A stretch of 61,881 nt of DNA, filler included, from Choristocarpus tenellus KU-1152 (Eukaryota > Protista > Phaeophyceae), in NCBI GenBank assembly GCA_964200185.2. It is 10 parts of 10 records of this genome, joined end to end, with 100 filler letters (N's around TTAATTAATTAA, not from the genome) between each part and the next. Parts side by side here need not be neighbours in the genome. Positions count along the whole stretch, not along the records: positions 1 to 14,307 come from CAXNAD020001229.1; positions 14,408 to 17,103 come from CAXNAD020025575.1; positions 17,204 to 20,579 come from CAXNAD020020446.1; positions 20,680 to 33,162 come from CAXNAD020001819.1; 6 more parts are not named here. One strand, 5' to 3'. The notes beneath the pieces were generated by a model. It was not told where the DNA came from and searched no databases. It saw only the letters and a list, made by a program, of their open reading frames with translations. Each line of letters starts with the position of its first letter. Position 1 is the first letter of the stretch. Made by a program: the position numbers and the translations under genes. Shown here piece by piece: positions 12,976 through 26,778 of this stretch.

Positions 12976-14307
12976 TGTTACAGGCAAATTGCGTGAGCAT
13001 ACCTTTCTGCGTGCCAAAATGCGCGAACAGTATACATATGTAAGAATTCATGTAGGAGGAACTTTGAATTGGTAGAAGATGCAGAGTAAGTGTTAAGGGC
13101 GAATAGCGCAAGCGTTTCTTCTTGTATTTCAACGAAGTGCGAGCGTTTGTTACATGCGAATAGCGCTAGCATTTTCTTCTCATGTTTCAGGAAATACGAA
13201 CATTTGTAACAGACGTATAGTGTGAGGATTGTTTCTCGAGTTCTGACAAGTACGAACAATATACGATATTAGTAACACATAGGTAGCCTTACAGAATAAA
13301 TGATGATTTTGATAGGAGACACAAAGTAAGATTTGAAATTCAAACATAATCTTACAGAATAGATGTCAATTCCTGGAAGTTGCAGAATAAAGATTTATGA
13401 TTGAAGTATCTACTTAGCAGTTGGCAGACTCCATTGAACTCTTTGGCTGTAGAAAAATGGTGAATTATGCTAATAGAAGGCTGATGTAGACTACCACGCT
13501 CTCAGACCTTTTTGATGAACCTCTTTTGATAAAGCGAAAAGCGAGACGTTGAGTGAGCTTCAAGTGTACATCAAGCTGACACCATACATGGTTATCATCT
13601 GTGGACCCCCCTTGTAGCGTTGTTTTAAGGTCGTTGGATTTGAGTTGCATATCCTGTGGAGGTGAGTTCTGAGGGGCGCCTGTAACATAAGATTTGAAAT
13701 TCAAACATAATCTTACAGAATAGATGTCAATTCCTGGAAGTTGCAGATTAAAGATTTATGATTGAAGTATTTACTTAGCAGTTTGGAGATTTCATTGAAC
13801 TCTTTGGCTGTAGAAAAACGGAGAATGATGTTAATAAAAGGCTGATGCGGATTACCACACCCTCAGTTCTTTTGATGTACCGCTTTTGATAAAGCGAAAA
13901 GCGAGACGTTGAGTGAGCTAAGCATCAACTGACACCGTACATATCATCTGTGGATCCCCCTCGTAGCGTTGTTTTAAGGTCGTTGGATTTGAGTAGTACA
14001 TCCTGTGGAGGTGAGTTCTTAGGGGCACGCTGTAACATGGAGATCCTACTGCCTCTCTTCAAACTGGAGAGAATAATCCGTATTCACCTCAACACTTAGG
14101 GTTCTTGTTACAAAGTTTGAGCATTTGTTACACACGAATAGCGCGAGCATTTTCTTCTCATGGGTTAGGAAATACAAACATTTGTAACAGACATATAGTG
14201 CGAAGATTGTTTCTCGAGTTCTGACAAGTGCGAACTATATACGATATTAGTAACACATAGGTTAACCTTACGGAATAAGTGATTATTTTAAGGAGAAGCA
14301 GAGTAAG
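12976..14307 (+). mobile_element. TRIM-like non-autonomous LTR element: LTR, duplicated LTR 3' half, PBS, ~68-bp internal region, second LTR truncated by contig end
   Basis: TGTTACA start at 12976 and TGTAACA ends at 13687 and 14037. 13327-13687 matches 13688-14037. PBS-like TGGAGATCCTAC at 14038, then a new TGTTACA at 14106. 13141-13330 matches 14120-14307. Confidence 0.7.
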
Positions 14308-14407
14308 NNNNNNNNNNNNNNNNNNNNNNNNNNNNNNNNNNNNNNNNNNNNTTAATTAATTAANNNNNNNNNNNNNNNNNNNNNNNNNNNNNNNNNNNNN
14401 NNNNNNN
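14308..14407. other. Artificial contig linker; identical linkers at 17104, 20580, 33163, 36787, 42465, 48221, 51060 and 58744 (each 100 bp)
   Basis: 44 N + TTAATTAATTAA (stops in all six frames) + 44 N. Confidence 0.99.
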
Positions 14408-15089
14408 ACGTCCCCCCCTGCCTCTCCACCCTCATCCCCTTCCCCATCTAATGTCATTGGCTCTTGGAGGGCTCCTGGGGCTGCATCATCCTGCCCATAT
14501 TCCCTCCCTGCCCTAGCGTACTCTGCTCGAAGGAATGCGCTATTCCTGAACAGGTTCACCAAGAAGGCAGGTGCCTTTACAATGCCTTTCATGGAGAGTG
14601 TCTTCCTCACCAGAAGTGAAAAAGCACATCATGGAGTAGGAGTGGCGGGTTGGAGATTGAAGGGGGGCAGTCAGACAGAGATCAGGGCAGTCAGGGACCG
14701 TGCCTATTTGTTCACCTTCTCCAGATAACTTTTCTTTTGGACAAGGGGACTCTTCAGCAGTACCTGTGCACAGACCATGAGGTCTTCGTGTGCTTGTATT
14801 TGCAGGCAAATATTTTGAATGAGAAAATCCCATATTTTTATGCACCTATCAACCGCTATGTGCACAACTGAGAAGATGGGGCAAGTATGCCCCATTCTCT
14901 TGTTCTCTACGATGCAGGGTCTCAAATGTGTTGACTCACCTGCCATCCATATCCAATGAGAACACCTGTGAGGTCCAACCAAGGCACTTGGCCATCAATC
15001 ATGAGGGTCTGTGCCACAAAAAAGTAGGGAAGTAATTCTGTAGACATCTCAAACATGTCTAAGATGTTCACCTGTCAGCAGCAAACCAC

Positions 15090-15091
<2 letters not shown>

Positions 15092-15149
<58 letters not shown>
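15092..15149. repeat. (GT)n microsatellite
   Basis: About 29 perfect GT units. Confidence 0.98.
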
Positions 15150-15151
<2 letters not shown>

Positions 15152-17793
15152 AGGGGGAAGGGGGAGGAGGAGGATTGAGGATTATGATTATACTTCGTTG
15201 GCGCAGCTTGAATGTTCTTTTGTTTACCACTGGAGCAGACAATCAACCAAAGATGCAAAGAGATGGCTACCACCACAACATGAGAAGACACTTACAACAG
15301 TACAACAAATCGAGACCATTCTCGGACCAAAAGCAGAAGCTGATCCTCAAGCCTCCCCTATCCACTCTATGGGTCCTTTGATATGAACCTAGGAGAGAGT
15401 ACAGTATCATAAGCGCGTATGCTTGAGTCATTTTGGGGATCAAACCTTGGTGCCTGCATATTTCCGACTCCAAACAAACACAAGGAAGCAGCTGAGGCTG
15501 TGGCCCAGTCCATATTGGCTCTCTGGAGTCTGCACAACAAAGTTGAGAAGAAGCAGACTGCAACAATAGCATGGAAGCAGTGGAGGGACAACAAGGAGTG
15601 AGCTGTGCATTAGCCATCAAAACGGCTTGAACAACTCCTGCTTGTAAGGGGTATACAGGTACAGGTAAATCGACTTAGTACCCTTGCCTTCTCAAACAGT
15701 CAATATTTATTGACACTATTACCACCGGCACAGCCAGCGCTCACCGATGAAAAGTCTGGTTGGTGGTTTCAGATCGTTTGTCCTTGGGACTCACACTTGA
15801 CACACACACACACAGCACATATTAGTTAACAAACCTAGTCACTTCTCAAGGCCAAAGTGAAGAATAGACCAAGACAGAAACCAAGTACTCACAGCCATCC
15901 ACCGTCCACCTCAATCCCCCCCCCCCAAAAACCCCCACTGGCAACAGCCTACACCTGCACACACAGTTACACACACGCAACTTCTGCTTCTTTCCCCAGC
16001 CCCTGACCCAACCTCCTCATCTGAGAAACTTGAATCTCTACCCTTCCCTCTCCACGAGCACAAAAGCACTCACCTGGTCATACCAAAGAGAAGCAACATG
16101 GCAAATGTGTGTGGCTCCCTGTAGTGTAGCTTCTCCAGCTGGCTCATGTAAGTCCAAGAAAAGTGAGCAGTTATGAGAAAGTTCACCCCCAATGGACCCA
16201 GATACAAGAATGGGGTCACCAGCCTCCACAGCTGCATGACATATCATGGGGGAGGTTGGCGCCCGGGGATGTGTGTAAGTCATCAACATCGGCCTCAATT
16301 GTTCCATTTAAGTAGGCAACCATTGTTTGTGGGCACAGAGGCACAGAGGCACAGAGAGAGGGGATAAATGGGAGCAGCAGTAGCAGGCTGGGCAAGGAGA
16401 GGGCATATTCAAGATCCAGAAATGCTTCTCTTTATGGATAAGGCGGCAGTTGGTGAGTGAAGCGGTGGCGAGTAAGGGGTAGAGGGATCATTTGGTGACA
16501 AACTTCTTTGCGCCACTAACTGGCCTGCCATCCAGAGGACGTAAGGCATTGTTCATGAGAGCAACTTCCCACAACCAAACGCCTTCAACGATGTCTGCAA
16601 ATCATACTTCAACACCTGAGGAGTTACATTTCCTGCAATGCTCTACTAATACAATGCATTCACCCCTGGCAAGAACACAACACAATAGAAGAGCTGCAAT
16701 CATTGCAAAATACATGTGATGAATTGTTAGTAGAGTTCTGACAGAGGCGCTGCTGCAACAGTGAATCCAGCACAACACATCCCAACTGCCAAATTGTCGC
16801 ATGGAACCCTTGCTGTCATCCCACACTCTCTTCATGACCATTTGATGTTGCATCTATGCTCCATAGACTCCCCAACAATCAGTCAGTGTGCACAGCCACA
16901 ACAAGCACCGAGGGGCACCAATAAAAAAAGGACTGTTCACTCATGATCTCACCTGGAGTTTCAATATTGCTGGTTTCCACTCTAAGGAAAGGACAGCTGG
17001 CCACTCATTCCTGTTGAGCAGGTACACAGCCAGGGTCATGACCAAGCTTGCCTGGTGAGGCCATGGGCAGGAGAAGTGGGTGTAGCAGGGTGTCGCAAAG
17101 GCANNNNNNNNNNNNNNNNNNNNNNNNNNNNNNNNNNNNNNNNNNNNTTAATTAATTAANNNNNNNNNNNNNNNNNNNNNNNNNNNNNNNNNNNNNNNNN
17201 NNNGTGGGGAGGGGGGGGGGGGATCAGAGGTTATAGTTAAAAATCACAATATTTTTCTCATGTCCTCGAGTTTGCCACAATTCCCTCACTTCCAAGCAAC
17301 AATTGCTAACATATCAAGTATTACATGACAACATTCAATGCAATATCAAAATGTAAGAGTATCACATTAAAATAACAAGTAGGACAGTATAATACTAAAT
17401 CATCCCCAAAACGCCATGTACAGTAACAAATTAAAGTAACAGGCAAAACAATATTGTACCATCTTAAGAAAATATCAAGCAGTAATATTAAATTTAAAAA
17501 CCAAGCCCATGAATATTAGACTATTGATCGTCCTGTCCTAATACAAAATCAAGAAACAATATCAACCTGAAATATAAATTTTAACATCATATTAACATAC
17601 CAAGCACGACGATACTGTATCCGATCTCAAGAGCGATGTTGAATTATTATATGTTATTTTTTGTCATTCATTCAAACTTTTCGAACTTATCAAAAAAAAA
17701 ATTAAAAATTACACACCGAAAACACCAATTACAATGACAAAATACAACTTCAAAGTGTCAAGTAACATCCTACTTCTAGAGTTAAAAAAAAAA

Positions 17794-17836
17794 TAGGGTT
17801 AAGGTTAAGGTTAGGGTTAAGGTTAGGGTTAGGGTT
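17794..17836 (+). repeat. Interstitial telomere-like (TTAGGG/TTAAGG)n tract
   Basis: TAGGGTTAAGGTTAAGGTTAGGGTTAAGGTTAGGGTTAGGGTT. Confidence 0.8.
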
Positions 17837-18207
17837 ATAGCTACAGACAACATATGATAACAAGGATTAATTGAAACTCTTTTAAAAGTCCGTTCAGCTA
17901 AAGAAACTCAAAAATTCAAAAATTCAAAAATTCAAAAACCCAACCCTATTGTCAATTCTTTAAAATAAAATAAAAATAAAAAACACCTCACCTGCAAGGC
18001 TATGAAGAAGAGGGAAAAAGCAACGACCCTTAGGCGCTTGTTGCCATCACAACCAAAAAAACGCCTGATCACATCACAACCAAAGTCAAAGTCCATCGAC
18101 TCGAGTCGCTGACGAGAAGAGAGGGGAGGAAGAGATTGAATTGACTTGAGTTAAGCACCAAGGCAAAGGAAAAGGAAAAGGAAAAGGAAAAAAAATAATA
18201 ATAAAAT

Positions 18208-18430
18208 TAAAAAATGGGGTTATGGTTTCTCTTAAGGGATTTCAATTTCTTAAAATAAAAACATGACCAAAAAATAAAAAAATAAAAAAATGGGGATATG
18301 GTTTCTCTTAAGGGATTTCAATTTCTTAAAATAAAAACATGACCAAAAAATAAAAAAAATAAAAAAATGGGGATATGGTTTCTCTTAAGGGATTTCAATT
18401 TCTTAAAATAAAAAAAATGACCAAAAAATA
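18208..18430. repeat. ~79-bp tandem repeat, ~3 copies
   Basis: ATGGGGATATGGTTTCTCTTAAGGGATTTCAATTTCTTAAAATAAAAACATGACC unit repeated. Confidence 0.9.
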
Positions 18431-19085
18431 ATAGATAACGATTGCGAAAAATAATAATACTGCAGCACCGACAGGAAAAATATATTTTGAACGTTTCTCC
18501 AAGTTCTAACGAAAACACAAAAAAAATCACACTTGTGAGTAATAATACTTCTGAGTAATAATATCACACAACTGACAATACTGCAGAAAACAAGTAAAAT
18601 ATTCAAAAAAAATATGTACAACTATACACATATTTTTTGTGGAGTGGTCTTACACAGCATCAGAAAGTTATCTTCTGCATCTTCACAGTGGGTGGAGAAG
18701 AATAGGAACACTGAGTCAAATCTGGTGAAAAATTAGGGTATACCTCATAATGGACTTAGCAAGATCTCCACAGAAATAATAATACATTTATAGCCTGCCC
18801 CGGAAACTTTTCAAAGCGACACTGAATACCAGGATATATATATAGATATATATATAGATATATATTCCAGTCTTACTGTTAATTGTTATTATTATTGAAA
18901 TACCTCTGTCAGTTAAAAAAAAATCAAAAGTACCCCGAAAAAAACACCCCCCCACAACAAAAGCAAACTACTGAAAAAACAAGTTATATTATCATCACAA
19001 AAAAACGCCATCCGAGATTGAACCCACGATATATCGTTTATATAGTACTACATTGTTTATATTGATATGTTTATATAGTACTACA

Positions 19086-19197
19086 TAGTAGTAGTATATA
19101 GTAGTAGTAGTAGTAGTAGTATAATAGTAGTAGTAGTAGTAGTAGTAGTAATAGTAATAGTACTACATAGTAATAGTAGTAGTAGTAGTAGTAGTAA
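19086..19197. repeat. (TAG)n imperfect microsatellite
   Basis: Runs of TAG/TAA units. Confidence 0.9.
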
Positions 19198-21199
19198 CAG
19201 ATAGTAGCATGTCTTACTATGATTCTTCGTTGTCATTATTTTTATTACCACTACAGCAGGAAAGCACAGAGAGAGAGGATAGGGTTAGGGTTCGTGCCAC
19301 TAGCTAGCTAAATTGATATTAATACCATGGACTAGATTGGACATGCATGTACTTAGTGTGGGTACAAACAAGGACAATAACAAAGATAATAACAAAGATC
19401 ATAACAAAGATAATAACAATGATAATAAGGAGTACGCAGAACACAAAACCACCACTGCCTGCCCTCCCTCCTGTTAGAGTTTAAGAGAAGCAAGAGTATT
19501 GGGAGGGAGGGGAGGGGAGGGGAGGGGAAGGGAGGGGAAGGGAGGGGAATAAATTCGATCGAAGAACCAAGCCAAGGGGTCAATGACCGTCCCATATTTC
19601 TCTTCATGACCACATCCGCATTCCATCCTCTAGTGAACTTGAACTTTTTCATCAGATAAAGCCCACAGTGCAGTACAATAGTATTCCTATCTACTCGTTA
19701 CGTTGTTATTTTTGGCAAGCACATCACATAGTGTCAGCTTCAAAGAAAAAAAACATGAATATATATATATATATATATTCCTTTTTATCACAGATCATTA
19801 ATATCCATTTCATAGCCTACTATTTCTCATACTCATTACCATTATCAGCTACAACTGTTGTACATTAAGAGAATAGAACAGCATGACCAGGCCAGACCAG
19901 AGCAATCCAAAAAAACAGGGTGATATCTTATCACTCCATGAGTTATCAGGTACTACAATTGTAAGAAAAAATACACAGGGGGCTGAAAATTTCACTAGGT
20001 GTGTTGCAAGAGTGAAATTGCCCGAAACGTTATTTCACAATTGCCTGTTACTTGCACTTTCCTTGAAATTTCTTTGGAGGATGTTGAGAAAGTAGGACTT
20101 ATGATGAAGTCCTCTCTTCAGCATTGTTAGTGTTGTAGTATGTGAAGGGGGTCTAAGGGGTGTACATAATCACTGACCATAACTAACCATGATCGATACA
20201 GCAATTATAAAAAAATAAGTGTGTTCGCTCACGATTTTCTGTTTTCAAAAAATAAAAAAATGGTGGAAGACGATTAGGGTACTACTACTATAGTACTCCC
20301 TCTTCCTCTGCGTGTGTGCAACTGCTATACTATAGGTGTTCCAAGCACACAATTATCAAAACGAAAACTTTCACTACCAAAGACAAGTGTCATCACAGTC
20401 GTTAGTATTCTTACTATCACTGTTACTACTGATACTACTCTCACTACTTGCTGTTTGTGTGTTTTATACATCTCAACTATTATACCTCCACCCACATCTC
20501 GCACATTTAAATGTTTTCAGGGGAAGGAAGTACACTTCACGTGGATCAATACTACTAGGGTCAAAGTATCTGGGGCGGGNNNNNNNNNNNNNNNNNNNNN
20601 NNNNNNNNNNNNNNNNNNNNNNNTTAATTAATTAANNNNNNNNNNNNNNNNNNNNNNNNNNNNNNNNNNNNNNNNNNNNCCCCCCTCCCAGATAGTTTGG
20701 GTCATTTACAGAAATAAACCCAGAAAACAATGATAGCAGAATATGAGAAAGGAAAACTCAATGTACTTCAAAGTATCAAAGAAGGGTAGACAATAGAAAC
20801 CCACAAAGAAATTGAAATAGAATGTCTTGTCACATCATCAATAATCAAATTCAGTGTCACAACCAATCTATCCAATCAGAGCGTTATTCCTAATACATCA
20901 CACAAAGCATGGGGGGACACAAAAACAATGACCCTAAAAGAAGGCAAAAACAATGAGAAATCAGAATTCAGAAGGCATTGGGGAGTGCGTATGTGCCCTA
21001 ATGTGCTTGGGCTATAGCACCATAGCTGCTTCTTTACCATGACGCACATCAGCAAACACTGTTTCCATGGCATGCCGCTCCATGAACCTCGTTGTCCCAC
21101 CAACCACACACCCATACCACTGGGTTTGGTTTGTTGCCCATGTATTCCATCCCTCAATGTGATCTCAAATTTCTGAATGTCATCTTGTAGGAATATCCA

Positions 21200-21640
21200 C
21201 CGGTTTTTCTCTTACCCAACTTACTTCTGCTTCTGTCCATAGTACTCAAAGACCAACACCTTCAGCAGTTGCACATCTCCCATATTTGTAGCTGACAATG
21301 CAAACAGGGGTTCCCGTTTTTGCAGAGTCGCCTTGATACTGTCACACCCAGCCTTCACAAGGGCATCTTTGTAGGATTTTGTGTGATGGATGCATTCCCA
21401 TTTGAGAAATCTGACACAGTGTAGGAGGTGTTTGTGGAGGTAAGTTTCATACTGTGAACCTGGTGGAGTGTCCATATCAATCAATCAATTTACAGGACCT
21501 TGGTTACTTCATCCTTCAGCATTTGAATCTCATGCTCCAGTGATACAACTGTGAATCTGCCATAAAGCACTTGACTGCACTGCTATAAATTTATTCATAT
21601 AGTTTGACAATTTCCACAGTTTTGTCTAAAGAATAATTAC
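21200..21640 (-). mobile_element. RTE-clade LINE relic (region C-terminal to RT)
   Basis: HKHLLHCVRF...SYKDALVKAGCDSIKATLQKREPLFA...MGDVQLLKVLVFE resembles the SYxxALxxxxxESIExxxRKRRxxFAG...MxxxRLPKxVxFGE tail of RTE elements; degenerate. Confidence 0.65.
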
Positions 21641-22503
21641 CCGGAATGATGCTAAGAACCAAACTGGCATGCCTCCAAGATCAAGTCATTCATCATCCGG
21701 ACCAGGCCTTTCACAAATCATCGCTCCATGGGCTGAACCTTTTCCAAACATTACCAAGTGGGTAGGAGTTCAGCCCAGACCTTTCGAAAATATCACCGAC
21801 ACTGGATTGGACCTTTTACGAGCATAATATGGTCTGCACTGAATCTATCACAACTGACCCCTGGATAACCCTTACTGCAGATATCGTTGAACAACGCATC
21901 CACCATCAAATCCTCAAAAGCATGCTCACTCCTCAATTAACACTAAGAGTATCAATGACCACATTTCTTGTATTCCCTGAAGAATAGCATACATCATACT
22001 GCATTCGATATTGGCATTGATAGGCTGGACTTTCGTACAAGCGGATTTCTTCTGTTTTATCAGATCAAAGTGTGCTCCAAAATATTATAAATGAGGACAA
22101 AAACACATTTTCCTTCTCTGAGATGATCCTATTCTACTCGCACAAGCATGGTGGTACAGTCATGATAACAAAATGAGATGAACATAAGGTGTTTGAATCC
22201 ATTCAAGCAGAGTACACTGCTGTTGATATCGTCTATTTCAGAGTACAAATATCAGTTATATTTTCATGATATATGACCCCATATTGGGTTTAGATCGAAC
22301 TGCTATCAGGGTGGACAACCATAGGGCACATGTAAGTTTGCTCACGCTATTGAGTTTCATTGCCTGCAAAAAGCAAGTACCTGCATTAAGCCAGCTAATC
22401 GTATCCCTCTGGATATAAACTAAACGCTATCTGATGCTATGAGTTCAATGGTGTTGCTTTTATGTTACGTTTTTTCAGTGTACTGTAAGTGAACTGAACC
22501 AAG

Positions 22504-22762
22504 GATCCAAAGTATCTTAGAGGGTAGGGCCGCGTCCATTTGGGGACCAAAATCCAATGTTGCGATTTTGATGTAATTTCGGTTATCGTGTTTGTCAGGA
22601 AGTGTCAATATTCTTGTTCCGGGCACACCTTTTCATTACATATACATTTTACCTACTCCGACACATTTTGGAGTAGGAAAATGTCGGAAAAAAACCCATG
22701 GGAAGCCAGGTCCCAAATGGACAAACAGGGAAAAACTCGTACCCTCTAAGATATTTTCACTT
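22504..22762 (+). mobile_element. MITE family A (Sola-like), full copy
   Basis: TIR AAAGTATCTTAGAGGGTA...TACCCTCTAAGATATTTT; flanks AAG/AAG. Confidence 0.85.
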
Positions 22763-23480
22763 AAGTAGTATTTTGGATAATTAGATCATCCAAGCCTTCT
22801 TGACGAGAACCATGTCGAAGTGGGGTCGATTTTGTCCCTCTTAAGAATTTTTTTCTTGTTGAACCTTGTACAATACATACATGCCCATGCCTGAAGTCTG
22901 TTTTAATCCGTTAGAAGGGTGTGGTTGTAGGAGAAAAGTATGGCTATGTACACGTTTTTAGCCGAAAGTGTCCTCATAGAGCTCAAAGTTCATGTACTAT
23001 AAGGTGATCATAGTAGGCCTTGACACTCAATGACATAAGATGGTATCATCCTGTTGAGTCAGGTAAGTCGGGTACCTCACTCTGTACCATTCCTGGGAAC
23101 CTGAATTGACGAGTCGAAGAAATGTGGTACATATGAGACTTTGGACCTGTTTTCATGTAGGCACCATTTTGTCAGTGTTCTTGTCCACCCTCCCCAGTAG
23201 GTAGCTATTGAGTCCCAAGTTAAATACCTTTCCGTGCTATAGGTACCCTGATAAATTATTTATTGGGGATGCCAATGAATTGAAAGGGAGGCACAAACAG
23301 GACACCATTACTTGAGCCCTGGATATTTCTATTCTTGTGGCAAAAAGAGGGAGTAAGAAAGGCTGAGTTTTATAAATTGCTCTCTTCGTGCCTTTCTATT
23401 CCTCCCCGTGTCCCACCTATCCTATGCTTAATCCCTGGTTCTCAATTCCGAAAATTTTCCTCCGATCCTACCAAACACAG

Positions 23481-25794
23481 GTTAGTTTCTTTCCTCCAGC
23501 ATCCAATGGGGGGGACAATGTGACTGCATACCTGGTGTCTTGGGATGTATCTGAAACCTTCAACAGCCTAGCAGGCTCACCCCACTCTGGTGATGCTCGA
23601 GTCAATTCTACTGAACAAGCATACACAGTGCAATACCTGAGCACCTCCAGGAGGTTGGTGGGGCGAGAAGGGATATCAGAGTGGAGTTGCTATTCTGAGG
23701 GCAAACGTAGAAGGGATTCAACAGGGGACTTTGGGAGAGATTATGCTATGCTATTAGGACAAAGAGTGACTAGTTGCGAAGATTCAAGATATAGTTGACA
23801 TTGAAACTGATGAGCGCCCCCCCCCCTTCTTGAACTCCTGCTAAAAATACTTGAATATGGGATGGGTGTGAGATCATCAACCCATAGCCCTATATACTTG
23901 TTGCAAACTTCCAAGGATGTAATGAAGTCAATGAACTTCACTCACTCATATTTTTCACGAATAATTCATTCACAGGTATTACGTTAAGGTGGCTGCAGAG
24001 AACAGTGCAGGAACAGGTATCGCCCGTGTGGCCACGCCGCCTTCATCATACCCATCACAGCAAGTCCCAGGCATGCCTGTAGGGCTAAGCCTTGGCAATG
24101 ACACTACCTCGCAAGTGACAGCAACATGGGACTTTCCCATCATCCCTGCAAATGGAATTCCTTGTTACGGTACTCTAGCATCCCCCACAATGTGCCCCAC
24201 ACCAGTTGGAGGAGAGTATGCAGGCTCTGATGGCGGGGATGACATCTATGAGTACCGGATACAGTGGAGCACTGACAGTAGGTGAGGGAAAAGAGTTTCT
24301 GGTACAATGGGGGATGCAAGCTGACCTCAGCAAGGTCGCAATGAGCCAAAGTATCTTAGAGGGTAGAGCCGCATCCATTTGGGGGTTAAAATCCAATGTT
24401 GCGATTTTGATGTAATTTTTGCTATCATGTTTGTGAGGAAGTGTCAATATCCATGTTCCAGATACACCTTTTCAAATCATATATACCCTCTGCCTACTCC
24501 TAAGCATTTTGGAGTAGGAAAATGTCATAAAAGAACCCATGGGAAGCCAAGCCCCAAATTGACAAACAGGGCAAAACTCGTACCCTCTAAGATACTTTCA
24601 CTCAATATTATTTGAGGCGACAATCATCCTTGGTAACTAGAACATATATGTGTGTTACACCAGAGTAATCAACAGAATGACGACAATTTTCAATTTTTCT
24701 CGAGTCATGTATCAGTGCCTACTACATAGTATCTGTAATATTAATGTCTGCAACGGGCAAAGGTAAACCCCCCTCTTAGATGGTTTCCTTATTGTGTTGC
24801 CATGAACTATAAGATCAAACGGAACTCCCGACATCAGTTCTTATCTGGGCATTCCTGCACATCACTCCTACTAAAGGGAAGTAGTATTAGTCAGTTCGTG
24901 TCATCAATCACTCCTCCAGTCGCACAGACCATACATCCATGTCTTGTGTGTTCCTTTCATCACAACCAAGAAGGCCAATGTGGAATAATTTAGCGGTTGA
25001 CAGCCATACAAAGATTAGACAATCTCTCTTCTCAAAATGCCCTCTGCTGAGTTGGAAATAAAATATCAACCCCTTTGCATCGCACAGCTCACTAGTCCGA
25101 GAAAGAGATCGCTCTCCATTCCTGTCAAGAAATAGCAGATGTTGTCATGGAGGAGGCAAAGACTAAGGGATGGCCTCCCTGTACAGAAAGTCTCAAACAC
25201 ATCACAGACTTAGCTTTGGCTATCAGCTGCATGTTTTTTATAAATTCATGGTGGTATTAGTTCTTAACGCTCCTAACACATAGTATTTAGCCTTCCTGGG
25301 TTATATTCTAATTTTGCATGGGGTTTTGAGGGCACTCTTGATGTGACAAGACAGAGCTCCACGAGTACAATACGCAATGAGTCAATAACTTTAACTGCCC
25401 TGGAGGTATGTTGTTGATAGTATCAAGGAGGTTTTATTACTGCAATGCCTATGATAGACAACGAGGGAATTCAATAACTCCCTCTTCATCATTTTTTCAT
25501 ATTTTAGTATGTAACGCCTATGCTATACCCATTGAGCATATTCCCATTCTGACCTCTTATCCCCTTTTAATGTCCTCGGTCTACCTGCACCTCTAAACAC
25601 ACAGTTTCTCTTCCTCTGATTCAACATACGACTATGTGGACACATCCAACACAACATACACTGTGACCGGAATTACCAGTGGGCTGGAGTATTATTTCAG
25701 AGTGGCTGCCAGGAACACCATTGGGTACTCAGAATTCTGCGAGTATAACGGTAACACTTGTGCAGGTCTCACAGTGTCCACCACTGTTAGCTAA
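23481..25794 (+). CDS. Fibronectin type III repeat protein, 3' part (last three exons)
   Basis: GT-AG exons 23481-23653, 23976-24281 and 25605-25794 (TAA) join in phase: PPASNGGDNVTAYLVSWD...YTVQYL...YYVKVAAENSAGTG...SDGGDDIYEYRIQWS...YTVTGITSGLEYYFRVAARNTIGYS. These are two FN3 modules with NGG/W/YxVxVAAxN motifs. Upstream exons were not found in this contig. Confidence 0.88.
24343..24603 (+). mobile_element. MITE family A, full copy in FN3-gene intron
   Basis: GAGCCAAAGTATCTTAGAGGGTA...TACCCTCTAAGATACTTTCACTC; flanks AAT/AAT. Confidence 0.9.
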
Positions 25795-26778
25795 GTATTC
25801 TGCAATATATACTCTTTTTTACTTCAGGTACTCCATACATGGCATCTGCATGTGTTGGGCATGCAAAAGACAATCCGTATGTGCCTGAACGTTAGTGTAG
25901 ATGGTGCCTACATAATATGGTTGTAATTGCCAGGATAGTGCACATACGTATGTATAGATACAGGATATATTCGTTCCACTGGGCTTGTGTGTGTACGCGT
26001 ACATTTGTGTGCATGTTTATCTCTGCGTGTACATGTATGTGTTTGAATTGGTGAGTATGGATGAATGTGTCTGAATTTGTGAGGTCTCATGCATGCACAT
26101 GAGTGTGTCCATGTGCATATTAATGTGCTTATTATTGTGCTTGTGTTTGTGCTTGGATATGTGTTGGTGCTTTTGTGCGTCTTTTGTGCAGTAGCATGTC
26201 ATTGGATCAGACAGAAAGTACTCCCCTCATAAACGATATTGGTGGTTTACAGGGATTTCACCCAAAACCATGCATAGATTACTCTATTTTACAAGAGCAT
26301 GGAACAGCCAAACTTACTCTAGACTACCATGTCCTCAACAATACAGTTGTTGAGTGTTCAGACCTCTGGCATATCTCGCCTCCTCAGTCCATGAGTTTTC
26401 TTTGCCGTTCTTGCAAATGGTTGAGACTGTGTGCCCTCCTCCTCGCTCACACAGCCCGAACCTCTTCCCTTCATTTCCTACCTTTCCCTGAGTTCTGCTG
26501 CAATAGAATCCTAGGATGAGGATGGGAAGATTTGACAGAAGAGACAAGAACAGTTTGTCAGAAGCTTGCTTGGGCTAGCATATGAAAGACTTGATTTAGA
26601 AACATAACACACGATGTAATATATCCATCGGTCTCTACAAAAATTACATATGATAGTATCATACTTTTGCTCTATTACACATAGCTTGAAGCCTCAACAG
26701 TATTGTTGTATCGATAGCTGTAAATCATAGTTTTGTAGGATCAAGTGGGTAAGTATTCCACTCCCCTGGTCAAGAACG

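Noticed and set aside
17794-17836. True chromosome end
   Set aside because: Short, degenerate and internal to a contig.
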